A stretch of 62,915 nucleotides of DNA, counting the filler, from Candidatus Ancaeobacter aquaticus (lineage in GTDB: Bacteria; Auribacterota; Ancaeobacteria; Ancaeobacterales; Ancaeobacteraceae), in assembly GCA_030765405.1 (NCBI GenBank). It is 4 parts of 4 records of this genome, joined end to end, with 100 filler letters (N's around TTAATTAATTAA, not from the genome) between each part and the next. Parts side by side here need not be neighbours in the genome. Positions count along the whole stretch, not along the records: positions 24,796 to 29,000 come from JAVCCP010000017.1; positions 29,101 to 56,757 come from JAVCCP010000050.1; 2 more parts are not named here. The stretch is one strand, 5' to 3'. Within the stretch, counting starts at the first letter, position 1. Each line of letters opens with the position of its first letter. Below are positions 28,269 through 38,254 of the stretch, piece after piece. The translations under genes and the position numbers were made by a program. Under the pieces are notes generated by a model that did no database searches, was not told the origin of the DNA, and saw nothing but the letters and a program-made list of their open reading frames with translations.

Positions 28269-29000
28269 ATGATTTTTCCGGAAGAATTAAAGAATAAGTT
28301 CAGGCAATTTATTGCCGGCAGTTGCGGCCTGTATTTTAAAGACCACGATATAAAAAGTCTGGAAGCCGCTTTAAGAACAAGGGCGGGATCTTGCGGGATT
28401 GATTCTGCGGCAGCATACTATGCTTACCTCACAACTTCCAAAAACAAAAGAGATGAATTTAGGCAACTGCTGAACATTTTGACAGTAAATCATACCTATT
28501 TTTTCAGGAATGAACCGCATTTTAGGGTTTTGAAAGAAAAGGTGTTGCCTGAGATCATTACCCGGAAGACAAAAAATCTTTCCGCTTCACCCGAATCGCG
28601 GGCAACATTGAGAGTCTGGAGCGCTGGATGTTCTAGTGGCGAGGAACCATATTCTATTGCTATGGTGATAAGGGATCTTATAGAAGATTTTAACCGGTGG
28701 GATATCCGGATCTTTGCGACGGATGTTTCATCGGAAGCGCTGCAAGCGGCCGAAAAAGGTGTCTATGGCAAAAATTCTATGCGTCTGGTGAATAGTGAAC
28801 ATAAGAAAAAATATTTTATAGAGAAAAGAGACTTGAGATGCGAAGTAAAAAATTCAATAAAAAGCATGGTGAAATTTAATTATTTAAATCTTATTGATGA
28901 GGAGTATCCTGAAAATATCGACATAATATTCTGCCGCAACGTGACGATATATTTCGATTTGGAAACAACGATAAAAATAATGAATAAAATACACGCAAGC
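28269..29000 (+). CDS. cheR: CheR-type protein-glutamate methyltransferase (3'-truncated)
   Basis: TVNHTYFFRN, VWSAGCSSGEEPYSIA, ATDVS and DIIFCRNV motifs. Confidence 0.93.
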
Positions 29001-29100
29001 NNNNNNNNNNNNNNNNNNNNNNNNNNNNNNNNNNNNNNNNNNNNTTAATTAATTAANNNNNNNNNNNNNNNNNNNNNNNNNNNNNNNNNNNNNNNNNNNN
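29001..29100. other. artificial contig spacer
   Basis: N runs around TTAATTAATTAA. Confidence 0.97.
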
Positions 29101-29331
29101 ACCTAGTGCCACACAATACTGCGACTGCTTGCCTCGTTTCATTCCGAAGGAATGAGCACGGGGACAAGGAGGGAGCAGCAGAATACTACATTGGAATAGC
29201 CTAGCCCTGCGAGAGCAGAGCGCTCCGTCCCGTAGGGGTGGAGAGATATGCCGAGCGGGCGGACGTGTTGTTAGACATTTCCGGTGGGACAGACAATATA
29301 TTGGCAATTGAAACGGTAATTGGGGATTGTT

Positions 29332-30975
29332 ATGAAAGCAGGACTATATATTAGGGTCTCAACAGATATGCAAGCTAGAGACGGTGAGTCTTTGGCTGAG
29401 CAGGAAGTTAGCACCCAGGGTTATTGTAATTTCAGAAATATACCTGTTGTTACTGTTTATCGTGAAGAAGGTAAGTCCGCAAAGAATACTAATAGGCCGC
29501 AATTCAAAAAGATGATCAGGGATTGCGAGCTTGGCAAGATTGATACCATTGTTGTTAAAAAGATCGACAGATTATCCCGTTCGTTAATGGACTTTGAAAA
29601 GACTATTAGTTTTTTTGAAGAACATAATATCAATTTAATATCTATCCATGAAAACTTTGACACATCTTCTGCTATGGGAAGAGCCGTTATCAGAATTATC
29701 GTTACCTTTGCACAATTGGAAAGAGAACAAACATCAGAAAGAACTATTGATGTATTAAAATATAGAGCGGAACAAGGCCTTTGGAATGGCGGATGCCCTT
29801 CTTTGGGATATGATAATGATGAAAAACTAGGTTTAGTTATAAACGTTGAAGAATCAAAGATTATTATTGCCATTTTTGATAAGTATATAGAACTTGCTTC
29901 TTATAAAAAGGTAGCTGAATATCTGAATAACTTAGGCTATCAAGGGAAACAATATACGAGTCGAAGGGGTAAAAAACAGGGTGGAAACAAATTTACAAAT
30001 ACCGCTATTGCCAGAGTTTTAAAAAATCAAATATATATAGGTAAAATAAAATATAGAGGGGAACTTTCTCCTGGCAAACACCAGTCAATTGTTTCAGAAG
30101 ATGTGTTTAACCAAGTACAAGAGATTATCAAAAAAAATACTGTTATTAAATCCTGTTTTAAAAGGATAGGGGTACATAATTTTCTATTAGAGGGTCTAGT
30201 TAAGTGTGGAGAATGTGGGTCTATAATGAGCCCAAAATGGTCATTATCTCATAGTAAAAGATACTTCTATTATGAATGCACTACATTAGGACATGGCGGG
30301 AAAGGTGCTTGTAGTATGAAATCGGTAAGCGCTCCTGCTTTAGAGTTTCTTATCCTTCGCAGAATAAGAATGATCAAAAGAGACGATACGTTATTAAAGA
30401 AAATACTTGAGAGTAATACAAACTCCTTTCATAAGGAAATATCACAACTTGAGTCAGAAAAGATAATCCTCGGTATAAAGTTAATCGGATTAAATGACAG
30501 AGCCAAATCTATAGTTGATAAACTGCTTACTATAGATGAATTAAGTCGCTCAACACTTCTGTACGACGAAGTAAATAATCTAGATAAAGAAAAGGCTAAT
30601 ATAACTAAACAGATAGAAGATATAGACTTTAAGGTAACTCAATTAAAGAATAGATCACTTAACATTGATATAGCAAAACAATCTATACAATACTTTACCC
30701 AGATATATGGGAAACTAGACTCTATTAATAAGAAGATGCTAATGCGCCTATTAATAAAGGACATAACATATGGTGGGGATTACGTATCTATTAACTATTA
30801 TGATAATATAGATGTGACTCAACTGGTATGTGGTAAAGGGTCTAAATTAGAGGGGAATTGTTGGCCTAGACCCCTAACTGGCTACCCGGCCAGGACTCGA
30901 ACCTGGAAAAGCAGATCCAAAACCTGCTGTGTTACCATTACACCACCGGGTAGTATCCAAAATTTGGGAATATAG
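29332..30975 (+). CDS. large serine recombinase (resolvase + recombinase + Zn ribbon + coiled coil)
   Basis: YIRVST, GKS...RP, KIDRLSR, FAQLERE and CGECG...YYEC...C motifs; 3' end overlaps tRNA-Gln antisense. Confidence 0.93.
   Translation: MKAGLYIRVSTDMQARDGESLAEQEVSTQGYCNFRNIPVVTVYREEGKSAKNTNRPQFKKMIRDCELGKIDTIVVKKIDRLSRSLMDFEKTISFFEEHNINLISIHENFDTSSAMGRAVIRIIVTFAQLEREQTSERTIDVLKYRAEQGLWNGGCPSLGYDNDEKLGLVINVEESKIIIAIFDKYIELASYKKVAEYLNNLGYQGKQYTSRRGKKQGGNKFTNTAIARVLKNQIYIGKIKYRGELSPGKHQSIVSEDVFNQVQEIIKKNTVIKSCFKRIGVHNFLLEGLVKCGECGSIMSPKWSLSHSKRYFYYECTTLGHGGKGACSMKSVSAPALEFLILRRIRMIKRDDTLLKKILESNTNSFHKEISQLESEKIILGIKLIGLNDRAKSIVDKLLTIDELSRSTLLYDEVNNLDKEKANITKQIEDIDFKVTQLKNRSLNIDIAKQSIQYFTQIYGKLDSINKKMLMRLLIKDITYGGDYVSINYYDNIDVTQLVCGKGSKLEGNCWPRPLTGYPARTRTWKSRSKTCCVTITPPGSIQNLGI
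30879..30952 (-). tRNA. tRNA-Gln(TTG)
   Basis: TACCCGG/CCGGGTA acceptor stem; anticodon arm GCAGG-TTTTGGA-TCTGC; encoded CCA. Confidence 0.96.
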
Positions 30976-31177
30976 ACCTTCTTGGGAAAATGTTCTGGGA
31001 ATGCATCTGGATATCCACTCCCATTTATATATACTTGCCCAAACAAAACCATATCCGAAAATTCTGGCTGCATCTAGTAATGTGCATCATACTCAATAAG
31101 ACTAGATACAGCCATTTAGATCATTTGCATATGTATAGTACTGCCATGAATCAACCCAATCATACCACACAATTCAA

Positions 31178-31603
31178 CTATTCATCAAAATGTTCATCGG
31201 TATCGACAGTATCGACCGGTTGACTTATACTACCTGCTTCTTTTTCGTATGCTTCCAAAACTTTCTTCTGTATATAATCTCTCATCTCAGCATTAATCGG
31301 ATGAGCAATATCTCGATGTTCTTCTCTTTGTTTATCATCAGCCGGGTTATTTTGCGGGATGTCAAGCTTTTCACCGCAATCACCGCAATATCTATTACGA
31401 ATTGGATTTTTTCTTCGGCATTTTGGGCATAGTTCAGTCACCTTAATAGATGGCATTGCCACAAAAAGTCCTTTTTTACCATCAATAACTTTGAGATCCC
31501 TTACCACAAATGCATTATCAAACGTCACGGTCACAAACGCCCTTAATTTACTGTCTCGATCAGACTTATTCCTCAAATGCACTCTCACCTCGGTAATTTC
31601 CAT
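31178..31603 (-). CDS. spoVG: SpoVG family protein with Zn-ribbon insertion
   Basis: MEITEVRV...KLRAFVTVTFD...GLFVAMPS...RDIAHPIN, with inserted CPKC...CGDC. Confidence 0.9.
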   Translation of the reverse strand: MEITEVRVHLRNKSDRDSKLRAFVTVTFDNAFVVRDLKVIDGKKGLFVAMPSIKVTELCPKCRRKNPIRNRYCGDCGEKLDIPQNNPADDKQREEHRDIAHPINAEMRDYIQKKVLEAYEKEAGSISQPVDTVDTDEHFDE

Positions 31604-31659
31604 ATGAATCTCTCCTTCCCTCAGTTGTTTATTTTGTTGCCTTTTGCCTCATCAATGCA

Positions 31660-32568
31660 CTACAAGCCAGCTTTGACAACAAAGATATTAAACGCATCCG
31701 TATATTTTTTCTCCAACGATTTCTTAATATGAAGCGCCTTGTCTCTGGTTTGTGCTATGCAATATACAGTAGGGCCACTACCGCTTAAAAGGGCCCCCTC
31801 AGCTCCTAAGAGCATACAATCACGTTTTATGCGTTTTAATAGCGGCGCTCGCTCATATGCAACCTTTTCCAAGCGATTATATAACGTCGCACCAATATCT
31901 TTTATGTTTTTAGACTCTAACGCATAGGATAGCATACTAATATCACGGATGTCCTTTGTCAAGCCCAAATTTAGTCCGTTATAGATGACTTGTGTTTTGC
32001 CAACCCCTTGATGAGACAGATCATAAATACGAAAAGAATTGTCTGCTTTTGGTGTGATTAAAACACACCAGAATTGTACCGATACCGGTAGTGGCACAAT
32101 TTCAGTTCCTTTACCAATACAAACGGCAGTTTTTCTCTGCAAGAAGAAGGGCACATCACACCCGATTGTTTCAGCGATCCGAAAAAGCTGATATGCGTCG
32201 AGAGGTTTTTTGTAGAGTTTATTCAATCCCAAAAGCGTGCTTGCGGCATTACTGCTTCCCCCTCCAAGACCGGCCGCAATGGGAATCCTTTTTTCAATAT
32301 ATATATCAATACCGGGTTTCTTTACTCCTATTTTTTTATAAAATAATTTGGCGGCGCGGTATGCAAGGTTACTTTTCCCGGCTGGAACATGAGGAGAATC
32401 AGTTGTTAGAATTATTCGGCTTTCATGATTAATGCTCAGATGAATTGTATCTTTCAGATCAATAGGCGTAATGATCGTTTTAATATCATGGTACGAATCA
32501 GCACGCTTGCATAACACTTCCAGAAAAAGATTTATTTTGGCAGGTGAAAGGACAGATAGACTTTTCAT
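31660..32568 (-). CDS. ispE: 4-diphosphocytidyl-2-C-methyl-D-erythritol kinase
   Basis: SPAKINLFL, KRIPIAAGLGGGSSNAA, GCDVPFF and LSGSGPTV motifs. Confidence 0.95.
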   Translation of the reverse strand: MKSLSVLSPAKINLFLEVLCKRADSYHDIKTIITPIDLKDTIHLSINHESRIILTTDSPHVPAGKSNLAYRAAKLFYKKIGVKKPGIDIYIEKRIPIAAGLGGGSSNAASTLLGLNKLYKKPLDAYQLFRIAETIGCDVPFFLQRKTAVCIGKGTEIVPLPVSVQFWCVLITPKADNSFRIYDLSHQGVGKTQVIYNGLNLGLTKDIRDISMLSYALESKNIKDIGATLYNRLEKVAYERAPLLKRIKRDCMLLGAEGALLSGSGPTVYCIAQTRDKALHIKKSLEKKYTDAFNIFVVKAGL

Positions 32569-32603
32569 GGTATCACACGTACATGCCTAATGGGCATGTA
32601 TCA

Positions 32604-34130
32604 TTAATTAATTTTTTCAAGTTTTTCTTTGACGCCGGTTATTTCGGGATTAAGCTTTATGGCTTTTTCCCATTCACTTTTAGCCTTATTGAGAAGTCCC
32701 TTTTTATAATACACATCTCCGAGATGATCTCGTACAGTAGCATCATTTTCTAAGTAAGTGATCGCACGTTCAAGCTCTTTTTGCGCAGCGTCAATATCAC
32801 CTAATTTAAAATATACCCAACCAAGACTATCAATATACGCCCCATTTTCAGGTTCAAGGGCATTCGCTTTCTTGATATATTCCAATGCAGCTTCAAGCTT
32901 TATTCCACGATCTACGTACATGTATCCTAAATAATTATAGCAATCGGCCATATTCGGATTAATCTCAAGCGCTCTTTTAAAATATTTCTCGGCGTTACCA
33001 AGCTCCCCAAGTTTTTCATAACTAGCCCCAATACGAAAATTTATAGCGTCACTTTCACCACCGAGCGCAATTGCTTCCATAAAGCTCTCAACAGCTTCTC
33101 TATCCTTATTAGCTAAAGAATAGCTTAATCCGAGAAGATAATATGTTTCGGGAAGTTTGAAATTTCGGGTGAGAGCTTTCTGCAGTAATTGTACAGCATC
33201 CTCGCCTCTATTGTTTTTTAAAAGAATATACGTGAGTGAGAAATAGTTCTGAATGTTTTTAGGATCAAGCTCTATTAAGAGCTCGTGCAGCTTTATCGCA
33301 TCTTCAATCATTCCTTCTTCTTCATAAAGCCGGGCAAGTCGATAATATATATTTACATCAAGCGGATTTATTTTAAGAATATTCTCGTATTCTTTAATTG
33401 CCCCTTTTAAATCTTTCTTTAATTCCAGGGTTATCGCCATACCCAGTCGCGCCTCAATCATTTCCGGTTGTTTTTTAATAACTTTTCTAAATATGGTTAT
33501 TGCCTTATCGTACTCACCCTGGCGTGAATACAAAAGCGCTAGTTTGAACCACACAATAAAAAGATCCGGTTTTAGATCGAGAAATTCTTCATAATTTCCA
33601 ATTGCTTCTTTCTCGCGTTTCTCCTGTATATAAATCTCTCCCAGAGATAGATACGGAGCGGATTTCGTTGGATCAATTTTTTTTGCTTCTTGATATTGCT
33701 CTATTGCTTCATCAGGTTTCCGTGTCAGGAAGTATGTCGCACCCAACAAAACATGCGTTATGTAATCTTTTTGATCTAACGCAACCGCTTTCTTTAAAAA
33801 CGGAATTGCTTTATCAAACTGCCTCTTATTCAAGAGAAGTGTGCCGATACGAATATTAATCAGGAGTGAATCAGGGTCATAGGTAAGTGCTTTTTGATAC
33901 CCATCAAGAGCTTTATCAAATTTATATTCTTTTTGAAACAGATTTCCGCGGCAAAAATAATTGAGTGCCGAAGAAAACTGCCCAACATCTCCATATGCGG
34001 TTATGGGCACTCCTTGATGTCGATCAGGATATATAATTTCCTGTTCATTCATCAACTCATCTGCACTCACTCCACGAACACATACAAAAAAAACAAGAAT
34101 TATAGCCAACCGTATTATAGTCTTAGTCAC
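32604..34130 (-). CDS. exported tetratricopeptide-repeat protein
   Basis: Signal peptide, multiple TPRs, C-terminal NYLGY...AYIDSLGWVYF...DHLGDVY typical of TPR proteins next to ispE. Confidence 0.88.
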   Translation of the reverse strand: MTKTIIRLAIILVFFVCVRGVSADELMNEQEIIYPDRHQGVPITAYGDVGQFSSALNYFCRGNLFQKEYKFDKALDGYQKALTYDPDSLLINIRIGTLLLNKRQFDKAIPFLKKAVALDQKDYITHVLLGATYFLTRKPDEAIEQYQEAKKIDPTKSAPYLSLGEIYIQEKREKEAIGNYEEFLDLKPDLFIVWFKLALLYSRQGEYDKAITIFRKVIKKQPEMIEARLGMAITLELKKDLKGAIKEYENILKINPLDVNIYYRLARLYEEEGMIEDAIKLHELLIELDPKNIQNYFSLTYILLKNNRGEDAVQLLQKALTRNFKLPETYYLLGLSYSLANKDREAVESFMEAIALGGESDAINFRIGASYEKLGELGNAEKYFKRALEINPNMADCYNYLGYMYVDRGIKLEAALEYIKKANALEPENGAYIDSLGWVYFKLGDIDAAQKELERAITYLENDATVRDHLGDVYYKKGLLNKAKSEWEKAIKLNPEITGVKEKLEKIN

Positions 34131-34217
34131 CGATTATCCTTATCTTCCTTTAGGGAAGAGAAAAAATTCTATTTGCTTTATATTCTCTCTCAAAACATGC
34201 ATACTCACACAATAAAA

Positions 34218-34307
34218 CTATTTCTTCTTGTGACGGTCTCTTTTAAGTCTCTTTTTTCTTTTGTGTTTATTGATCTTTGTTTTACGCTTTTTTCTTCCGC
34301 ACGGCAT
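34218..34307 (-). CDS. 29-aa basic peptide, AURKAIP1/COX24 (bS22/mS38-like) family; absent from ORF track
   Basis: MPCGRKKRKTKINKHKRKKRLKRDRHKKK with GGAGG SD upstream. Confidence 0.8.
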   Translation of the reverse strand: MPCGRKKRKTKINKHKRKKRLKRDRHKKK

Positions 34308-34339
34308 ACATTCCTCCTTGGATTGCATCTCTTGACTTG

Positions 34340-35221
34340 TTAGTAAATTACTTTATTTAACGGATATTCTATAATACCTTCTGCACCATGTTTTTTCAGT
34401 TCAGGGATAATTTCCCGTACAACTGATTCATCAATAATTGTCTCAATCGCGTGCCACCCATCTTTACTCAATTGAGAAATCGTTGGATTCCTTAACGCGG
34501 GTAATTCCTTCAGTATCGTACTTAGAGCATTCTTACTCACATTCATTTTTAATCCAACTTTATTTTCTGCAGTAATAGCTCCCAAAAGTAAGAGTGAAAA
34601 ATTTTCAAGTTTCTTTCTCTTCCAAGGATTTTTCCACGCAGCTTTATTTGCAATCAACTTTGTCGTTGATTCAGTGATAACATCTACAATACGCAAGTTG
34701 TTTGCTCTTAATGATGAGCCAGTCTCTGTAAGTTCAGCAATTGCGTCAACAAGACGTGGCGCCTTTACTTCAGTTGCACCCCATGAAAATTGTACTTCTG
34801 CTTTAACTTTATTTTTTTTAAGGTATTGTTTTGTAAGATTAACTGCTTCTGTTGCTATTCGTTTTCCCTCAAGGCCTTTTACACTTTTGATCTTCGAATC
34901 ATTTGGTACCGCAATAACCCATTTTACCGGTTTCATACCCACTTTCGCATATGCGAGATCTGCAACTTCAACAACATCTGACCCATTTTCCATGATCCAA
35001 TCACGTCCAGTAATACCGGCATCAAGAATCCCTTCTTCAACATAACGGCTCATTTCCTGTGCTCTGATTAAAAGACCTTCTAATTCAGGATCATTAATAG
35101 TCGGTATATACGACCGGCTACCGATATTCACGTTATAACCCGCTTTTTTCAGCATACCGAGCGTAGCTTCCTGCAGGCTTCCTTTTGGTAGTCCTAATTT
35201 TAATGTTTTATTCATCATCAC
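34340..35221 (-). CDS. hisG: ATP phosphoribosyltransferase, long form
   Basis: LPKGSL, RAQEM, DAGITG, GATE...[10 protein letters not shown] motifs; C-terminal regulatory domain. Confidence 0.95.
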   Translation of the reverse strand: MMMNKTLKLGLPKGSLQEATLGMLKKAGYNVNIGSRSYIPTINDPELEGLLIRAQEMSRYVEEGILDAGITGRDWIMENGSDVVEVADLAYAKVGMKPVKWVIAVPNDSKIKSVKGLEGKRIATEAVNLTKQYLKKNKVKAEVQFSWGATEVKAPRLVDAIAELTETGSSLRANNLRIVDVITESTTKLIANKAAWKNPWKRKKLENFSLLLLGAITAENKVGLKMNVSKNALSTILKELPALRNPTISQLSKDGWHAIETIIDESVVREIIPELKKHGAEGIIEYPLNKVIY

Positions 35222-35239
35222 TTTCCTTCTGTACTTTAA

Positions 35240-35848
35240 TTATTCTGTTAAGATAATTTTTCTGTTTTCAATTCTCATGTTTCCTTTTACCACTAAATCA
35301 ATCGCCTGCGGATATATCCTGTGTTCCTCGACCTGAATCCGTTTATGTAAATCCTCCGGAGTATCATCGCTATTAACCGGAACAACTGCCTGACAAATTA
35401 TCGGACCGGTATCAACATCCTTTTCAACAAAATGAACAGTACATCCAGCGTATTTCACCCCGTAGGTAACAGCCTGTTCCCATGCCTTTAATCCTCTAAA
35501 TGACGGTAAAAGTGAAGGATGAATATTCACTATCTTCCCCGGAAATGCTAACAGTAACGGGTCTTTAATGACGCGCATAAAACCGGCTAGAACAATAAGC
35601 TCTACACCATTTTCACGCAAAACATTTACATATTCTTTCTCAATGTCCGGTTCAAGCCATGTTTTATGCTTGCCAGGACACATATAGAAAGACTTAATAC
35701 CGCGCTCTTTAGCTTTTTTCAGTATAAGACTATTCTCAACATCACTTATAACAACCGTGATATCAACATCTAAGAGACTACTTTCGGCAGCCTCATAAAT
35801 AGCATCAAAATTTGATCCTTTACCAGAACCAAGAACACCTATTTTCAT
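35240..35848 (-). CDS. purN: phosphoribosylglycinamide formyltransferase
   Basis: GSGKGSNF, LAGFMR, NIHPSLLP, GCTVHFV and DTGPII motifs. Confidence 0.96.
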   Translation of the reverse strand: MKIGVLGSGKGSNFDAIYEAAESSLLDVDITVVISDVENSLILKKAKERGIKSFYMCPGKHKTWLEPDIEKEYVNVLRENGVELIVLAGFMRVIKDPLLLAFPGKIVNIHPSLLPSFRGLKAWEQAVTYGVKYAGCTVHFVEKDVDTGPIICQAVVPVNSDDTPEDLHKRIQVEEHRIYPQAIDLVVKGNMRIENRKIILTE

Positions 35849-35985
35849 AACTTTCCCGCTATCAGTTTCATGTAGATTATAGCTATAAAACACTTTCCGT
35901 CAATTAAAATATCACTATCCAGACATAAGACTAGTGATCAGAGGAAAAGAAATATCAAATTATTATTAAATTACTTAAAATTTAA

Positions 35986-36014
35986 TTGACACTGCATACG
36001 CATTCACATAGAAT
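35986..36014 (+). promoter_or_regulatory. sigma70-type promoter of the bactofilin pair
   Basis: TTGACA-17 nt-TAGAAT. Confidence 0.75.
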
Positions 36015-36051
36015 TCGTTAAAGAGCGTATAGTAAAAGAAAGGAGCTCCAT

Positions 36052-36579
36052 ATGAGCAGTTTATTAAGAAAATTTACCACCGACATCGGCGACAACAAAG
36101 GACGAAATGGGGAAGACACTTATTCTCCGCCAAGAAGAGATTTTTCACCGTCACAGAGTTCTGGGCGAGTTGAGAATAAAACAAATCTATGTAGTGATGT
36201 TGAATTCAAAGGAACACTTATATTTAAAGACTTTTTAAGGCTTGATGGAAAATTTGAAGGCGAAATAAGCTCACCGGGAACACTTATAATCGGCTCTAAT
36301 GGCACTATTAAAGCTGATATCAATGTTGGAAACGTTATTGCTGAAGGAAAAGTCTACGGAAACATTACCGCACAAGATAAAATTGAACTTCGTGGAAATG
36401 CGCAACTATTCGGTGACATTAAAGCTTCTCGAATCGTCATTACTGAAGGAGTTGTTTTTGTAGGAAAATGTGATGTTAATCCGAACAATAGCGTTGAAGA
36501 TTCTGCGCCTGAAGAGCATGTTTCTGAAGAACCGCTCGTAAGCAGCAATCAGTCAACAAGCGATCTTTTAAATACGTAA
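36052..36579 (+). CDS. bactofilin (polymer-forming cytoskeletal protein)
   Basis: EFKGTL...LRLDGKFEGEI...G.IKADI...EGKVYGNI...EGVVFVGKC. Confidence 0.9.
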   Translation: MSSLLRKFTTDIGDNKGRNGEDTYSPPRRDFSPSQSSGRVENKTNLCSDVEFKGTLIFKDFLRLDGKFEGEISSPGTLIIGSNGTIKADINVGNVIAEGKVYGNITAQDKIELRGNAQLFGDIKASRIVITEGVVFVGKCDVNPNNSVEDSAPEEHVSEEPLVSSNQSTSDLLNT

Positions 36580-36666
36580 ACATAAAATAATATGTTGTTT
36601 ATACTATAATCGTCTGCTTGCGGTATATTTATACTACGAGTAGTCCAAAACAATATTAGTGATAAA

Positions 36667-37296
36667 ATGTGGCAAGAAAAAACAGTTAACTATAAACATT
36701 TTAAGCCAAAACAGTCAACAAATCCTCTTACATCAAATACAAAGCCTGTCGGCAAACAAAAAGAAATAACTTGTCCTCACTGCGGCCTTGAACAAAATGT
36801 TACAGAAAGCGCGCTTTCTGTATTTTGCAAGAGCTGTAACAAAAGAATCACTCTAAGCAATCTGACAGGCAACAATAATGATGGTAGCACAAACGTCAAA
36901 ATGAGTCTTAAGTCTGTTAACTGCTCGAAATGCGACACCAGTCAACAAGTCCCCCATAATGCTCTTTCAAGTTTTTGCAAAAAATGCGGCAATAGAATAA
37001 ATCTGCAAAATTATGAAATCAAAAGCAAGTTTAACGGAGAACTTAATACCTGCGGAACACTTTTTATTAAAATCGGTGGTGATGTAAAATCAGATATAAA
37101 CGTAGGAAATGCGGTAATTGAAGGAACTCTGACCGGCAAACTTATTGCTAAAGGTAAAGTCGAACTAAAATCAACGGCAAAGGTATACGGAAAAATAATA
37201 TCACCACAGCTTATCATGCATGATGGGGCACTATTCGTCGGGACAACACAAGTGCCGCCTGATTTCAAGATACCACCTTTTGAAATATCTCTCTAG
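36667..37296 (+). CDS. bactofilin with two N-terminal Zn-ribbons
   Basis: CPHC/CKSC and CSKC/CKKC, followed by a bactofilin domain. Confidence 0.85.
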   Translation: MWQEKTVNYKHFKPKQSTNPLTSNTKPVGKQKEITCPHCGLEQNVTESALSVFCKSCNKRITLSNLTGNNNDGSTNVKMSLKSVNCSKCDTSQQVPHNALSSFCKKCGNRINLQNYEIKSKFNGELNTCGTLFIKIGGDVKSDINVGNAVIEGTLTGKLIAKGKVELKSTAKVYGKIISPQLIMHDGALFVGTTQVPPDFKIPPFEISL

Positions 37297-37305
37297 AAAC
37301 GTGTG

Positions 37306-37815
37306 TTAACTATCGAGAAGTACCTGTATTTTCTCTTGCAGTTCGGGAATCTCTGTCATTGATAAATTAGGATAGGGTATTGAGAACGATTCACCGGTTT
37401 TTGTGTGCTCGTACACAAAAACATCGCGTCCGTCTGTGTCATCCTTTATTGTCGACTGTTGCTTAAGTATTCTTTTGCGTTCAAGCATAATAACTAACAG
37501 GTAACAAAGCTTTTTGTTCTCATCTGTCATTTCCTTAGCTATATATGTTCTGAGCAAATGTTCAACTTTATCTCTCTTTATAGGATCTTCTTTCGGTGGA
37601 ACAATAATGAGTTTATATCTGCTTTTCCAATAAGCACTTTCATCTTTTTTTATTTCAGCATCAACGGAACCAAAACATATTTCGCAATAATCTTTCCTCT
37701 CTAGCTCATTTCCTTTTAGCACTAAAAAAGAATGATATAATTCCCTATCCTTAAATTCACTATTACAGTTATTACAGTGTTTGCTTAGTTGCTGAATATT
37801 CCATTCCATAGCCAT
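37306..37815 (-). CDS. conserved hypothetical protein with N-terminal CxxC...CxxC
   Basis: CNNC...DYCEIC...YWK...MLERKRILK; co-oriented with DUF1844 gene. Confidence 0.6.
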   Translation of the reverse strand: MAMEWNIQQLSKHCNNCNSEFKDRELYHSFLVLKGNELERKDYCEICFGSVDAEIKKDESAYWKSRYKLIIVPPKEDPIKRDKVEHLLRTYIAKEMTDENKKLCYLLVIMLERKRILKQQSTIKDDTDGRDVFVYEHTKTGESFSIPYPNLSMTEIPELQEKIQVLLDS

Positions 37816-37885
37816 GTATATTACACCCTCTTGCAAGATACATCAAAAATATAACCGTCACTCAATGCATCACTACCGTTATGTA

Positions 37886-38227
37886 TTATTCTTTTTTATC
37901 TTTTTTACCTTTTTTATCGTCTTCTTCTTTTTTATCATTCTCAGGAACTTTTTCTTCTACTTTCTTTTCATCTTTTGTTTCATCAACATAATTTAATTGC
38001 AAGTTAGTTAATATTGAAAGTAACATTTTTGATTCTTCTTCATTTAAATTGCCCTTGGTTTTTTCTTTTATCATAGCTATCATATCTATAGTAGCCTTTG
38101 CGCCCTTTAAGTCTTTCTCTACTTTTCCGGTCATAATATTGGCTATTTTACCCAATTGCTGCATTGCAGAACCGGCTAACGCTGAAACAAGTTCAACAAA
38201 ATATACATTTGTTTTTTCTTCACTCAT
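37886..38227 (-). CDS. DUF1844 domain protein
   Basis: AMQQLGKIAN...KDLKGAKATIDMIAMIKEKTKGNL.EEE...L.LNYV. Confidence 0.85.
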   Translation of the reverse strand: MSEEKTNVYFVELVSALAGSAMQQLGKIANIMTGKVEKDLKGAKATIDMIAMIKEKTKGNLNEEESKMLLSILTNLQLNYVDETKDEKKVEEKVPENDKKEEDDKKGKKDKKE

Positions 38228-38254
38228 ACACACCCCTTTTCTCGTATGCACATG

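Noticed and set aside
24570..29331. One large mobile region or functional linkage spanning dusB, the intron, cheR and the recombinase
   Set aside because: The pieces lie on different contigs joined by artificial spacers; order and orientation are unsupported.
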